Positions 41,032 through 53,650 of a DNA stretch of 64,000 nt are shown in pieces. Below the pieces are notes generated by a model. The model worked only from the letters and a program-made list of their open reading frames with translations. It searched no databases and had not been told where the DNA came from. The number at the start of each line of letters is the position of its first letter. Within the stretch, counting starts at the first letter, position 1. The DNA comes from Octopus vulgaris. Lineage: Eukaryota. The stretch is from the NCBI GenBank assembly GCA_951406725.2, contig OX597816.1, positions 98,890,001 to 98,954,000 of the forward strand, read 5' to 3'. Position numbers and translations under genes: made by a program.

Positions 41032-41540
41032 CTATGTTTGACTTTTGCTTTATGTCTGTACAAGTTGGCTCCAAGTCTCACCCAGAGACCTCAAGAGACA
41101 ACAGGTTGGAAGTTCTGTGCCATATATTTGGGGTTTTTTTTTTTGGTGTTGTACTAGTGAATGTCTAATACATAAAAAAAATAAATAAATAAATAAAAAA
41201 GTTTGTTTTAAACCTTGGGATTACATAGAGAGTATTTTGCGTAGGATATGAGCAGTTCCCATGAGCACTATCTTTTGAATTTCTGCCATTTTGGGGTTTC
41301 CTGGTATCTGAGTTAGGTAGCAATCAGTCCCTTTCGCTATCATTCCCAGGGCACCTATGACAACAGGTATTGTTTTAGTCTTCAGCTTCCACATTTTGCT
41401 GATTTCTATTTCAAGATATATTTGCTCAGTTTTTGGTAGGTCTTGACAGATACGTTTATATCGATTGGGACAGTCATATCAATGAGGAGGTATGTTCTTT
41501 GTCTGAAGTCTTTCAATATAATGTCTGGCCTATTTGCATC

Positions 41541-41541
<1 letters not shown>
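41032..41541 (-). mobile_element. R4/Dong-like LINE 3' end with (AAT)n tail
   Basis: DANRPDIILKD...LLIDMTVPIDINV...SKY...TIPVVIGALG...EIQKIVLMGTAHILRKILSM*; flanked by (ATT)n at 40843-41031 and 41542-41607. Confidence 0.88.
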
Positions 41542-41607
<66 letters not shown>

Positions 41608-41609
<2 letters not shown>

Positions 41610-41822
41610 GGCGGTGAGCAGGCAGAATCATCAGCACTCCAAGCAACGTGCTTAGTGACATTTCGCTTGTCTCTACGTTCTAAGTTCAAATTCAGCCGAG
41701 TTCAACTTAGCTTTCCATCCACTTGCGGCTGATAAAATAAGAACCAGTTGAACACTGAGATCGATGTAATCGACTAAACACCTCTCTCAAAATTGCTGGT
41801 TTTGTGACAAAATTAAAACCGG
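41608..41822 (+). mobile_element. SINE family A
   Basis: AAGGCGGTGAGCAGGCAGAATC...AAGTTCAAATTC...GATAAAATAAGAACCAGTTG...TCGATGTAATCGACT...AAATTGCTGG. Confidence 0.8.
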
Positions 41823-41827
41823 TTGTT

Positions 41828-41874
<47 letters not shown>

Positions 41875-42507
41875 TGTTGTTGTTTATAGAAACGAAAGAA
41901 AACACTCAATAGGAAGTCAATAGAACGCATTTCTAATCGCAATATTTGAAACGTTTTTTTTTCCTCCATTTAATCCAGATTTATAGCACGACATAATGAA
42001 GTCATGAAATTTTCGTATTAATTTGTATTAAGACGCACATTAAATATACGCATGCAAGCAATACATAAATACCGATGTTGACATGAACATACACGTATAT
42101 GTGTATATATATGGATATTTGTGTATATATATGTGTGTGCATGTGTGTGTGTGTGTATAAAAGGTATTGCTATATCTAAGGCGACATAGTTGTGGTATAA
42201 TACACAGAGATAGCAGGGCAACGCTGTAGCAAGATGATGTGAGGGGGTATAATGCAAAGACAAGTAAGGCTAAATGAGGAGGAATGACCAGGTAGAAGAA
42301 AATAATACTTGAGAAGTAGCAATTGGCGATGGGGAAACCAAAATCTTGGAATGGAAGATGATAAAATTGAACAATGAGGATAAAATGCCAACACCAGCAG
42401 TGATAACCATGGAAATTCTGATGAAGGATTATAGGTCTTACTTAACTTATTAACACAAGAACTAGCAGCAAGCCTATATACACACTACACGCCACCAGTA
42501 GGTCCTC

Positions 42508-42566
<59 letters not shown>

Positions 42567-42751
42567 CGCTATCTAATTATGTTTATCTATCTAATTATGT
42601 CTGTCTATCTATCTACCAATCTCTCACAAAACCATTAGACATTTTAACATTTGTACTTTTGATAACAGGTCTATAGTTAAGAGATGAGGAATTATGTACA
42701 TTATTTACATTAAAATTCGACAGATATTTTTTGCTCATCTTGTTTATTGTT

Positions 42752-42797
42752 AACACAATGTTTCGGATGATATGCCCTCCAGCCTTCTTCAGGTGTC
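42752..42797 (-). ncRNA. Hammerhead ribozyme motif (slightly decayed) at the PLE 3' end
   Basis: Reverse complement GACAC-CUGAAGA-A-GGCUG-GAGGGCAUAU-CAUCC-GAAA-CA-UU|GUGUU; stem I GACAC/GUGUU; stem II GGCUG/CAUCC with one mismatch. Confidence 0.7.
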
Positions 42798-42810
42798 TTG
42801 AATATATCAA

Positions 42811-42850
<40 letters not shown>

Positions 42851-42851
<1 letters not shown>

Positions 42852-43106
42852 TATATTTGACTTTTGCTTTATGTTTGTACAAGTTGGCTCCAAGTCTCAC
42901 CCAGAGACCTCAAGAGACAACAGGTTAGAAGTTCACGTTGTTGTTATGCTAAGTGTGCCATATATTTGGGGTTTTTTGGTGTTGTACTAGTGAATGTCTA
43001 ATAAATATATTTTTTTTTAAATTGTTTGTTTTAAACCTTGAGATTACATATAGAGTATTTTGCGTAGGATATGAGCAGTTCCCATGAGCACTATCTTTTG
43101 AATTTC
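42851..43106 (-). mobile_element. R4/Dong-like LINE 3' end, same family as 41032-41541
   Basis: EIQKIVLMGTAHILRKILYM*; 3' UTR nearly identical to 41032-41283; (ATT)n on both sides. Confidence 0.88.
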
Positions 43107-43130
43107 GAATAATAATAATAATTATTATTA

Positions 43131-43160
<30 letters not shown>

Positions 43161-43162
<2 letters not shown>

Positions 43163-43223
43163 GGAATCGAACTCGGAATCTTGGGGTTAGTAGCCTGCGC
43201 TCTTAACCACTAAGTCATATGCC
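43161..43223 (-). promoter_or_regulatory. tRNA-like sequence with Pol III A and B boxes in the PLE 3' UTR
   Basis: Reverse complement GGCATA-TGACTTAGTGG-TTAAGAGCGCAGGCTACTAACCCCAAGATTCC-GAGTTCGATTCC; no complete acceptor stem. Confidence 0.75.
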
Positions 43224-44647
43224 TGTGGGCAATTATGGAGTGAATTTTAGGGCTTATAAATCTAATAATCTTCTATCCTTCCTTAATACCGGTTCCCATA
43301 TGCTGCTCATATCTACACTCGGTCTACTTAGAATATTGTTGTGTCCTAGCATATGTGCTGCTTCTTTTAGCTCGCGTATTTTCTAGTGGTGTTCTCTGTC
43401 TATTATTTTAACTTCATCCCACAGGGGGAGGTACTCTCCATTTTTCCATACATGATCAGCGATACCCGATTTGTCAATATTACCTCGTGTCACAGCTTTG
43501 CGATGTTCGTCTACCCTTATTTTAAGGGAGCGGCATGTTTCGTCTTCGAAGAACCTACCACAGTTGCATAGGATGGAGTACACTCAGTCTTTGGTCATAT
43601 TCTTTTCTATTGGTGGTTTTACTGGAAGGAGATATTTGTGAAGTGTTTTATTACTCATGAATACTCTCCTGATGTCACATGGGGCGCATATCTTTTGTAT
43701 CTTTTCGGAGAAGCCTTTCAGACAGACTGCAGATAGTTTATTGGCCTCATCCTCTCTCTTCTTCATAATTGGAGTGGGTAATATAATATTGGGGTAGTTG
43801 TTGCTTAACAGATCGTTATTGAGCTCATCATTTAGTAAAGGTCGGCTTGCGGTGTACGGATGTCCTGAATCCATACTTGGTGCGTGTTGTTAATACGTCC
43901 AGGAATGCTAGCTGATTGCCTTTTTCTTTTTCCATTGTGAACTGTATTGATGGTTTTATTGAGTTTACATGATCTAACAGCACTCGGATATCGTCCTGGT
44001 GAGGCCAGAGTACAAAGGTGTCTTCAACATATCGTAGCCATAGTGTTGGTTTTAGTGGTGTTGATACTAAAGTCAAATTCTCAAAGTATTCCATTGTATA
44101 TATTGGCTATTAACGGTGATAATGGCGAACCCATAGCTAAACCCTCCTCAAATCGATATATATCAGTTTCCATACTGAAGTAGGTAGTTTCTACACAGAA
44201 GGTCAACATTTCCATCAAGTTTCTAATTGGTATACTAGTGCGTTCTTTTGGATAGGTGTCTGTCAATAGTTTTTCTTTTGTCTCCGATAGTGCTTCGCCA
44301 GTTGGGGCTTTGGTGAACAGGTTTATCACATCTATACTCACCATCAGGCTGGTTTCAATGTGAGTATTCTTGATCAATTCTGTAGAGTGGGTGGAATTCT
44401 TCACGTACGATGTTGACTTTGTCAACATCATTTTTCTACATTTTCTATCCCTTTTTCTTCGTTGCTCAATTCTCTCATCTTTCATTCTCATCTTTTTGTT
44501 TCCACATCGCTAATACTTCTCAAATATCACTTCCTTCAAACTGTTCATTCTCCTTAACTTAGCGTTACTTCTTTTAGCATAGTACCCCCTCTCACTATCC
44601 TACTAATGTTTTACCCTCTTATCTCCCTCTTTCTCTCACTCTCTTTC

Positions 44648-44830
<183 letters not shown>

Positions 44831-45895
44831 GTTGAAATTTACTGAAAGACAGAGACAATTGTATAAAAACCAAGCAGGTGTATTATTTTGACGTTCGTAA
44901 AGGTCTGAAAGTCGTTTACGTTTTGAGCCGACGTTCTTCAATGGGAAGGAATGTGATGAAATAAACAGAGAGAGAATAAAAATCTTGTGGTTTTATCGGT
45001 CAATCATGGCGACTAATTGGGAAAAGATAGCTGGACAGGAGAGCTAGAAAGAATGAGAGATACTAAAGTACTGATGATACCAAAAAGGTGTGCGTGCATG
45101 TGTATGTGTAAGTGTGTAAGTGTGGGTAGGATTTGGTGACTTTGACGTGTGGATGTGTGCGTGTGTGCATTTGTAATGTGTGGGTGTGTCAGTGCTAGCG
45201 TGCACGGAGTGGTGTGGGCGTGTGATTTGGTACGGTGTGTTGTGGTGGTGTGTGATGTGGTGTTCTGTGGGGTGGTGTGCTGCGGGGGGCGGCGGGGGTT
45301 GATGTGAGGGTGCGGTGTGATGTAGGGTAAGGATGTGGGTGTGGGTGAGGATGTGAGTGGGGGTGAGGATGTGGGGGATGGAATGAGGTTGTGGGGTGAG
45401 GATATTGGGTGAAGGTGTAGGTGTGGGGGTAGGGTTGTAGTATGTGGGAGTGAGATGAGTAGGGTTGGGGTGGATGGAGGGGGTATCAATGAAGGGAAAA
45501 CATGGGTAGGAGAGATAAGAGGAAGAAGGTGTCATGGCAAGAAAGGAGAGGTAGGAAGAGAAGTAGTAGGTGTAAGATGAAGAGGGGAGAGTTGAGCCTA
45601 TGTGACGCAAAGGAGTGAAGAGAGAAGATTAATTCCTGTTCCCAGTGACGGCGGGAGTTCGGATAGCCCCTGTGCAAAGACAATCCAAACTCAGACAGGT
45701 GTTGTAATCAATAACCTGTAGAGCGAAAATGGCGCGAGACCGGAGTGTCATTACTGAGTCTAATATCTCGGAGGTGCTTCGCGAACCAAACGGCGTCCTG
45801 TCTTACCGATGTACGGAGAAGGGCAGAAAGAGCAGGAGAGGCAGTAAAGGACGTTGCTAAACGTGCTGGTAAATGAGTTAGTGTGATATAAGGGA
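44831..45895 (-). mobile_element. Neptune-like PLE 3' portion (GIY-YIG remnant, C/A-rich UTR, terminus)
   Basis: SFTSTFSNVLYCLSCSFCPSPYIGKTGRRL / FAKHLRDI...PVSRHF...EQELIFSLHSFASHRLN at 45585-45895. The terminus is homologous to 60580-60715 and 62895-63070 and abuts (TA)n. Confidence 0.8.
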
Positions 45896-45914
45896 CTCAC
45901 CACAAACCCGTGAA

Positions 45915-46099
45915 AGTAAACACATAAATGTGAAACAAGGTGGAAAAAAGAGTACTCAAATACCAGTGGTAGAGTAATATGCTTTATTTTAAGCAGCAGA
46001 AAATTCAACAAAATCTGTTACTCTGAGTTTGGTCTGATGAACGGCAACGAGAAACTCAGAGTAACAGATTTTGTTGAATTTTCTGCTGCTTAAAATAAA

Positions 46100-46100
<1 letters not shown>
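45915..46100. mobile_element. Miniature inverted derivative of the 11355-15546 PLE family
   Basis: Tail 45915-45981 is identical to 11359-11425. 49-bp perfect inverted arms (45982-46030 and 46052-46100) enclose a 21-bp spacer holding CTGATGA. It ends at the same AAATAAAG|(TA)n junction. Confidence 0.92.
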
Positions 46101-46134
<34 letters not shown>

Positions 46135-46142
<8 letters not shown>

Positions 46143-46584
46143 AGTGTATTTTTACCTTGTTAACAATTAACACGGAAAAATAAATAAATAGTTACCAGGG
46201 CAGCAAAAATCTCACAAGTAAAGGTGTTGTAACTCCTTGTTTATAAAGGTAGAAACTTCGTGTTTACGTTGAATATTTTGAATAATATGAATAAAAAAAA
46301 TTGAGTTAACGCAGGTGTAATCAAATATTTTTACTTTCGACACATGTTTCGAAAATTCCACTGATACTATTCAAAAGAATAAATGGTATAAACAATGCAA
46401 ACTTTTTTTTTTTTTGCTAAAATGTCTTATTGACGAGTTTCGTTTTTTTCACTTTCCTGAGGAGAAGATTGCATTGTATATACCATTTATTCTTTTGAAT
46501 AGTATCAGTGTAATTTCCGAATCATGTATCGAAACTAAGAATATTTGATTACACCTGCGTTAACTCCATTTTTTTATTCATATA
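46135..46584. mobile_element. Second miniature inverted PLE-like terminus with a long stem II hammerhead
   Basis: ~116-bp diverged inverted arms (46285-46400 and 46469-46584), a ~150-bp extension on the left only, and (TA)n on both sides. Confidence 0.7.
46451..46536 (+). ncRNA. Hammerhead-like motif with a ~55-nt stem II (decayed; intact 3' core retained in the opposite arm)
   Basis: ACUUUC-CUGAGGA-[long hairpin 46464-46518]-GAAU-CAUGU-AUC|GAAACU. The left arm (46333-46350, minus strand) reads GAAAC-AUGU-GUC|GAAAGU, restoring GAAA, GUC and a 6-bp stem I. Confidence 0.65.
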
Positions 46585-46609
46585 TATATATATATTATCG
46601 TTTAACTTT

Positions 46610-47030
46610 CACGGGTTTGAGCCAGCGGCCTCAGCCATACTGATTCACCTTGGACGTTGCCGCTCTTCTCTGTACATCTTGCCCCGATGTGGGTTCATCC
46701 GGGATTGCAAGTGAAAAAAAATGTCTAGACGTTTTTGAAGATTTCTATGTCCGTACCTCGCAGATCCCTGATGTCCTGTGGTAGGGCTTTAAAGAACTGT
46801 GGTCCCTTAAATCCAAACCTACTACAATATTGTGTTCGTATCCTCGATGAAGAAGATCGGCACTTTGATACTCTGTAGTGCCGTCCAGTTCAGGGATTGT
46901 TGTAGCTTTCTATTCCGAAGCTTTGAGTTATTTTCCATATGTATAGCACTGCATATCTCTCACGTCTCATCTCCGGGAGTAGAGTCCCAATTCCTTTAAC
47001 CTCTCCCAGAAGCCCTTATGTTTTACTGAG
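46610..47030 (-). pseudogene. CR1-like LINE 3' fragment
   Basis: FWERLKELGLYSRR, FGIESYNNP.TGRH, FGFKGPQFF and IPDEP motifs. Confidence 0.75.
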
Positions 47031-47086
47031 TCTAGCATATATATATATACATACACACTCACACACACACACAAACACACACATAC

Positions 47087-47132
<46 letters not shown>

Positions 47133-47221
47133 GCAAATGAATACACGAATACACACCTACACATATATTCTGTTTTATAACTATATGCGTTTATCTAAAT
47201 ATATATATACATATGGATATA

Positions 47222-47306
<85 letters not shown>

Positions 47307-47549
47307 GAAATGAGGTAATCAGAAGATCGGCTGGTTTGTATTTACCGATATTTATTTATATATTACATTTTTTACATATATATCATATCAATTAGTTCAT
47401 ATATATAAGCCTGCGCGCTTAGCCAGCGGGGTGGCGTCATTTGAAGGCTAAAACAATACGAAGCGCATTGTGAGCAGCGATGTATAGCAACATCTGATAG
47501 CCTGGTCGGTCACGGTGATATATATATATATACAGAGTGAGAATGAGAC

Positions 47550-47567
47550 AGATAAATAGATAGATAA

Positions 47568-47609
<42 letters not shown>

Positions 47610-47709
47610 GGGTAGGTAGGTAGGTAGGTAGGTAGGTAGGTAGGTAGGTAGATAGGTAGATAGTTAGATAGATAGGTAGGTAGTTAGATATATAGGTAGG
47701 TAGTTAGAG

Positions 47710-47789
<80 letters not shown>
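47550..47789. repeat. (TAGA)n/(TAGG)n compound microsatellite
   Basis: Direct reading. Confidence 0.95.
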
Positions 47790-48499
47790 TGAGCTAATCT
47801 GCATCTAAAAGATTTTTATATTTAGCGACTGTGGGGTTTGGTGTCTATTTGTAAATTCGGCATTCACACATCAACATCGCATTGTACCCAGGAGCGTGTT
47901 ATTGTTTGGGCTATGTGCCAATGATAGCTCATATCTTCCTGTGAATCCTAGACTGAATCTATCAATCAACTGTATTTCAAACTGGACGAACGCCATGACT
48001 AAACACGGGAATTAAAACATCTAAACGTGCACATGCGTACGTACAAGCACACACATATATGTGTGCTTATATATATATGTGCGTGTGTTTGTGTGTATGT
48101 GTGTTTGTGTTCGTGTAAGAGGAGTAGTTGAGGCACTTAATTATCAGTAGGTTACTTTATTCAAACATACTAAAATGTTTATTCGATTCTACATTGCTAG
48201 TTTTAGGTAGAGTGCTAAAATTCAAAAAAGAAAGTTAAAGTGCCGTCAGTCATTGTTGAAATATTTGTGGAAACCAGCAATTTAGAAAGTGACAACTTTT
48301 TAAACAATGCAAGATCTTTTGAAAGTTCTCGGCCAGAAGTTTTCAAGTTTATCAAAGTTAAAAGAAAATTCTGAACGTTTGTTACAGTATATGGACATCG
48401 CAATTCATATTATCTCAGAAAGTCAATGATGACCATTTGGTGTCTGAGTGAGCTATCAGAACTGTGCGGCTTACAAAGGTAATTGTGTCAAATAATTGC

Positions 48500-48960
48500 T
48501 AAACATGATTAATACCCTCACGGACACATTGTTTGGGCCTTCTCTGATGACAAAACCTTGAGTACGATCCGACGTTTAACATTCAAAATGAAAATGGTTT
48601 TACGCAGATTCTTGGATGTCCTCGGTGTGACGCATACTATTTCCAGTTTTGTGCAACGATGATAGTTTTAGGAGTAGTGTGTGGCAAATGTCATGTCAAA
48701 TCAGATTTTTCACGTGGGTCAGAATTACTCCTGCTGGTTATGCTCAATGCGTCAAATATGTCTGCTTGAAGAACACTCGGGACCTCCTCACAACATATAT
48801 CGAAGCCAAGAATGGGTATCAGACAAACTTGATGATCATATAACGCTAAAGTGGTCAGATTTAAATCTTATGGACTACTATATTTGTACAAATATTTTCG
48901 TGAATTGAATCCATAGCTTAGAACCATGGAATCCATAGCTTAGAACCGGTAGCTTCATTG
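48500..48960 (+). pseudogene. Decayed Tc1/mariner (DD37D/maT-like) transposase fragment
   Basis: EEHSGPPHN..RSQEWVSDKLDDHIT..WSDLNLMDYYI resembles QQDSAPxH..SQxWL...SPDLNPLDYYVW. Confidence 0.6.
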
Positions 48961-49227
48961 AAGGCTAACACTAAAACCCGTTGCTTGCTTGAACCCATAA
49001 CATTAGGCTATCACTCTCCAGATGATGATAGAAAATAAAAACGACCATTTAACTGAGGCATGGCAACCATTCCTATCCCGCACTGAATTGGTCACCAAAG
49101 GATTCATAGAGTAATCTTAAAAGAAAGCGTACCGAGTGCTTGTGCACAGATTCTTCATAATTTTTTTTCTTGTTGGATTACACCTGTATTCCTTAATTAG
49201 CACACACACACACACGCACACACACAA

Positions 49228-49260
<33 letters not shown>

Positions 49261-49271
49261 AACACACACAA

Positions 49272-49333
<62 letters not shown>

Positions 49334-49981
49334 TCAGATGAATATGGTACTTAAGTTGAGGCACCAGAATTTAGTACGGTATTATCCATACAATTTCAAA
49401 GTAAGATGTTTAAAATCAAATAGACAAAGAACATGCTGTCGCACTCCAGTTTAGAAGATGCTGAATTTTCAAGAAGATATACATTGTTACAGTCTCTGTC
49501 CGTTACTGATTTTTTTTTGTTTTTATGGGTCAGTTTTAATTTATAGACTAGTTTATCAAATCCCTTGTATATCTAATGCTGAGAGAACAGATGGCTGTAT
49601 GTGTTAGGGGTAGGGCTGAGGGACCAGACAGACATCGGACTCATAAAAATGAAGATTTATTAGAAGCAATATCCCTTTATCCCTTTACTAGTTTCAGTCA
49701 CTGGACTGAGGTCATTCTGGAGCACCACTTTGGAGGTTTGGTAAAGGAAAACCTAAACGAAGATGTTAGCTGATAATCAAGGGGTTCGTTTGTCTATCTC
49801 CCTAACTTCTTGGAGGTTTTAGGTATTGTGTTCATCTCTTCTAATTTAAATTCTATGTCTTTGTGCAGCTGAAGATTGCTCTGCATTTTAAATTGATGTA
49901 ATGATTGCCTTGTTCAATTAAATGGAGTTGTATGAAACGATCGTACTGCATTACCTCTGGATATCTTTCTTGCTTATTTTG

Positions 49982-50029
<48 letters not shown>

Positions 50030-51513
50030 TTACATGTAAAAATATGCATATATATGTTATATGTATACATCCATGTATATATCTGAGTTTGTGTTTTGTG
50101 AAATTTCTTCTTTGATAACATTTATATGTACATTGTTTACTAGAATTTTAATGGAAACGTCGAAGGAAAACATTCTTTATGATAATTTCCATACCAAATT
50201 ATTGAAGCATGTGTAATTCATACAGCTTTTATAACATGGAGCATTTATCAGGTTTTCAGTGTTAAAATAGTTTACTCAATAAATCAAAATTAGTATTCTT
50301 TAATTTCTTTGGGTCCATATTGGAAAATTAACATTTTTTTTTCTTAAATATATATCTTTATAGAAACAATAAAAAATTTTTCGTGAAGAAGTAACCCTAT
50401 TGCATTCGATGTTTCCGCATCCATTTTTTTGTATGCGCATCCATTTTTGCTGTAATAATGATATATGTGATATAAACTTTCGCAGAAAAGACATTTACCA
50501 ATTCTTTGACAGTTTACAAGATAATTAATTATTGATGTATGGATTTAATTAGGTAAGAAAATTATTCCTAACAAGCCATATAAAAATTGTAAATATGAAT
50601 TATCATTAAACATATTTTATTGTAGAATCAGATGAAATACATGCATTTCATAATTAAGAACTTATGAAATCTCACGAAATTTTTATGTTTATAGAGACCT
50701 CAAAGTTCTAATTTTATCTCTTATTATTTTGAACATCAGTCAAAATTCCAATTTTTGATAGCTACAATGTTTTTCACCACAACACCAACTCTAATCTAAT
50801 TCAAGGCTTTCAGATCATGCCAGACTCATCCCTTTCATTGAAAATGAAGTGTACTTTGCATCACAAACCAGCATTTTTATTTTCATTTTTAATTTTTTTT
50901 GCAATGATTGGAACGGATTGAGTGGGAACTGGGTCAAGTAATCCTATAAAGAGAACTTTACTAGCGCGAAGATACAACTGTATCAAGAGGAATAATATGG
51001 ATTGAAATGGGTGATGTGCATCAATGATATGTATTTTAATGGCGTCGCATTGTTTAAAGAAAAATGCAGTAATTGAGTACAAAACTAAATAGAGCAATTC
51101 ACTGAAACCAATGCTTTATCTTTTCTTTGAAAATAAGGACGGGATGTTTTTAAAAAGAATTAGTGTAGGAGATTTCATCTATGTACGAGATTTCATCCAG
51201 TGTAGGAGTTTTCATCTATGAAGATAGCTGGAATTTCATTGGTGGGAAGGGATGTAAGCTTCGATCGAACTCAATTGAGTCCGATGAAAGCTAACACCCT
51301 TCAATAATAATGAAATGCAGGTTCAACAAATCAATTTCTTAATTTCTTACATTGGAAAGCACGATTTCTACGCAGTCTCGGTGCCAGTTACACATCGATT
51401 CAGTTCGTTTACGTTGAATAATACAATCTAAGAAATATAGAGCAATGTAAAACTTGGAGAAAATCAATATTATAGTTATATGTAACAAGAAATATAGTTT
51501 TCAGTGGGAATTA

Positions 51514-51517
<4 letters not shown>

Positions 51518-51547
<30 letters not shown>

Positions 51548-51598
51548 CTTCTTCTTCTTCTTCTTCTTCTTCTTCTTCTTCTTCTTCTTCTTCTTCTT

Positions 51599-51629
<31 letters not shown>

Positions 51630-51653
51630 TAATAATAATAATATTAATAATAT

Positions 51654-51719
<66 letters not shown>

Positions 51720-51732
51720 TATTATTATTATT
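51518..51732. repeat. (CTT)n + (AAT)n + (ATT)n compound microsatellite
   Basis: Direct reading. Confidence 0.95.
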
Positions 51733-52009
51733 GTACTCATCATCACTACGAGAAAGGGGGCAAGGATGACGATGCTGACAATTATGGTGAAAATGATGAT
51801 GAAGAGGAGAAGAAAGAAAGAGGAAAAGGAAGGTATCTCTGAAAACACTTTCTTATCCGATATCTTTGGTTATAATTACAATTGCATAAATTCCATTTAT
51901 CAAACTGACTCAATATTATTATGTGTGCAAACCTCAATATATGGCAACAAATGTGACTTCTTGCATGATAGCATTTGAGTATGATCGAAAGTTAGTTGGG
52001 AATATATAA

Positions 52010-52093
<84 letters not shown>

Positions 52094-52103
52094 ACACACA
52101 TGC

Positions 52104-52140
<37 letters not shown>

Positions 52141-52145
52141 GAGTG

Positions 52146-52505
52146 TTTAGGGCAGCGGACTCGCGGTCATAGGATCACGGTTTCGATTCCCAGACCGGGC
52201 GTTGTGAGTGTTTATTGAGCGAAAACACCTAAAGCTCCACGACGCTCCGGCAGGAGATGATGGTGATCCCTGCTGTACTCTTTCACCACAACTTTCTCTC
52301 ACTCTTACTTCCTGTTTCTGTTGTACTTGTATTTCAAAGGGCCGGCCTTGTCACTCTCTATGTCACGCTGAATATCCCCGAGAACTACGTTAAGGGTACA
52401 CGTGTCTGTGGAGTGCTCAGCCACTTACACGTTAATTTCACGAGCAGGCTGTTCCGTTGATTCGGATCAACCGGAACCCTCGTCCTCGTAACCGATGGAG
52501 TGCTT
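52146..52505 (+). mobile_element. tRNA-derived SINE, family B
   Basis: TTAGGGCAGCGGACTCGCGGTC...GGTTTCGATTCCCAGACCGGGCG; body colinear with 5568-5945. Confidence 0.88.
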
Positions 52506-52899
52506 CCCCATAATGAGTTATACGTTTTCGATAATTTTCATTAGTAATTCACTTTATCACACAACCTTCGCTTCATTTATATGTATGTGTATATATGATG
52601 TACGCGTGAGTGTCTGTGTGAAAGATTGAGGTACGGGGAGCGTGTCTGTCTGTCTGCGCACGCGCGTATCTGTTAAAACATGTCAAGTTATATATAATAC
52701 ATGTATATATACATATATATGCATTATATAAATATTCTAGAATTATAACCATAATTATCAGGAGTCAGCTAATTGCTTCGCCACGCACCGAATGTAGAAA
52801 GAGAAGTTAAATTACTATTTTCTGCTACCCTATATATCTTCACCGCTCTCTCCATCTGCCTCCGACGCCGACATGGGTAGAGATGCGGTCTTCACTGGT

Positions 52900-53650
52900 A
52901 CTGATAGTTTTGTAGGGAGTGGAGAACACTCTACCTTTATGTGACCTTGTTGGTCACACTTAAAGCACTTTGGTTTCCTACCCTCCACCATCACCGTCTT
53001 CATTTTCCTACCACGATGGTGTCTGCTTTTGCATCTAGCGTTCCTGGGGTAGTCTTGATTAACATTTCAAGGCTTTGACCTAGCCAGTTCTGTATGGGAA
53101 CTCTCTCGGCCTGGAGGATTGTCACCATCTCATCCAGGCCTAATATTATCACTGCAATCGCCAGGCAACCTCCATCTCCGGTTGTATTTCCTCCACCCTC
53201 ACTCTGGAAACACGCCATCCAAGGTAAGGAAGAAGGAAAGTAATTTTATCCGAAGGAGGGCATGGGGTGTTGCCTGGCCTTTTGCTCGGGGGAAAATCTT
53301 ACCTCCACTGTTGCATGTTGGGCACTCTTGGCTAGGTAAGATATATCTGATCAGATAGGTGCCAAGCACTTTTCAACATCAATCTTTTATACTATGTTGA
53401 TTTTCTTTTCTTTCTTATTGTAAATCTTTAAAATTTCAGTTCTTCTCTCATAAAAACCATAGTACTTTTTCAGGTTTCGAAAATTCACCTTTTCCTTCGC
53501 TAAGCCGTCCACAGCCGCAAAACTCTACTTTTTCCTCGTTTTTCCTTTCTGCTTCTTTCGGCAACTTCTCTTTCATGCGGGCTACCCACCTTAATAATTC
53601 TTCCTCTGATTTACCAATTTCTGATATTAACATAACAACGTTTCCCCCTT
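52900..53650 (-). pseudogene. Decayed gag-like ORF1 with CCHC zinc knuckle (L1/Tx1-like LINE)
   Basis: Minus-strand reading TVMVEGRKPKCFKCDQQGHIKVEC gives CX2CX4HX4C at 52926-52967; not present in the ORF track. Confidence 0.7.

Larger units (their letters stand above)
42665..44430 (-). mobile_element. Decayed Penelope/Poseidon-type PLE (RT, GIY-YIG, 3' UTR), interrupted by a LINE fragment
   Basis: SYVKNS, MVSIDVINLFT, GLAMGSPLSPLIANIY/ME, WLRYVEDTF, IQFTMEKE..LAFLDV, VHRKPT and VYSILCNCGR..ETCRSLKIRVDEH..KSGIADHVW, with frameshifts; stop at ~43254. Confidence 0.9.

Noticed and set aside
43161-43223. Possible functional tRNA gene
   Set aside because: The 3' acceptor strand is missing, the anticodon stem pairs poorly and it is embedded in a retroelement; kept only as a tRNA-like promoter.
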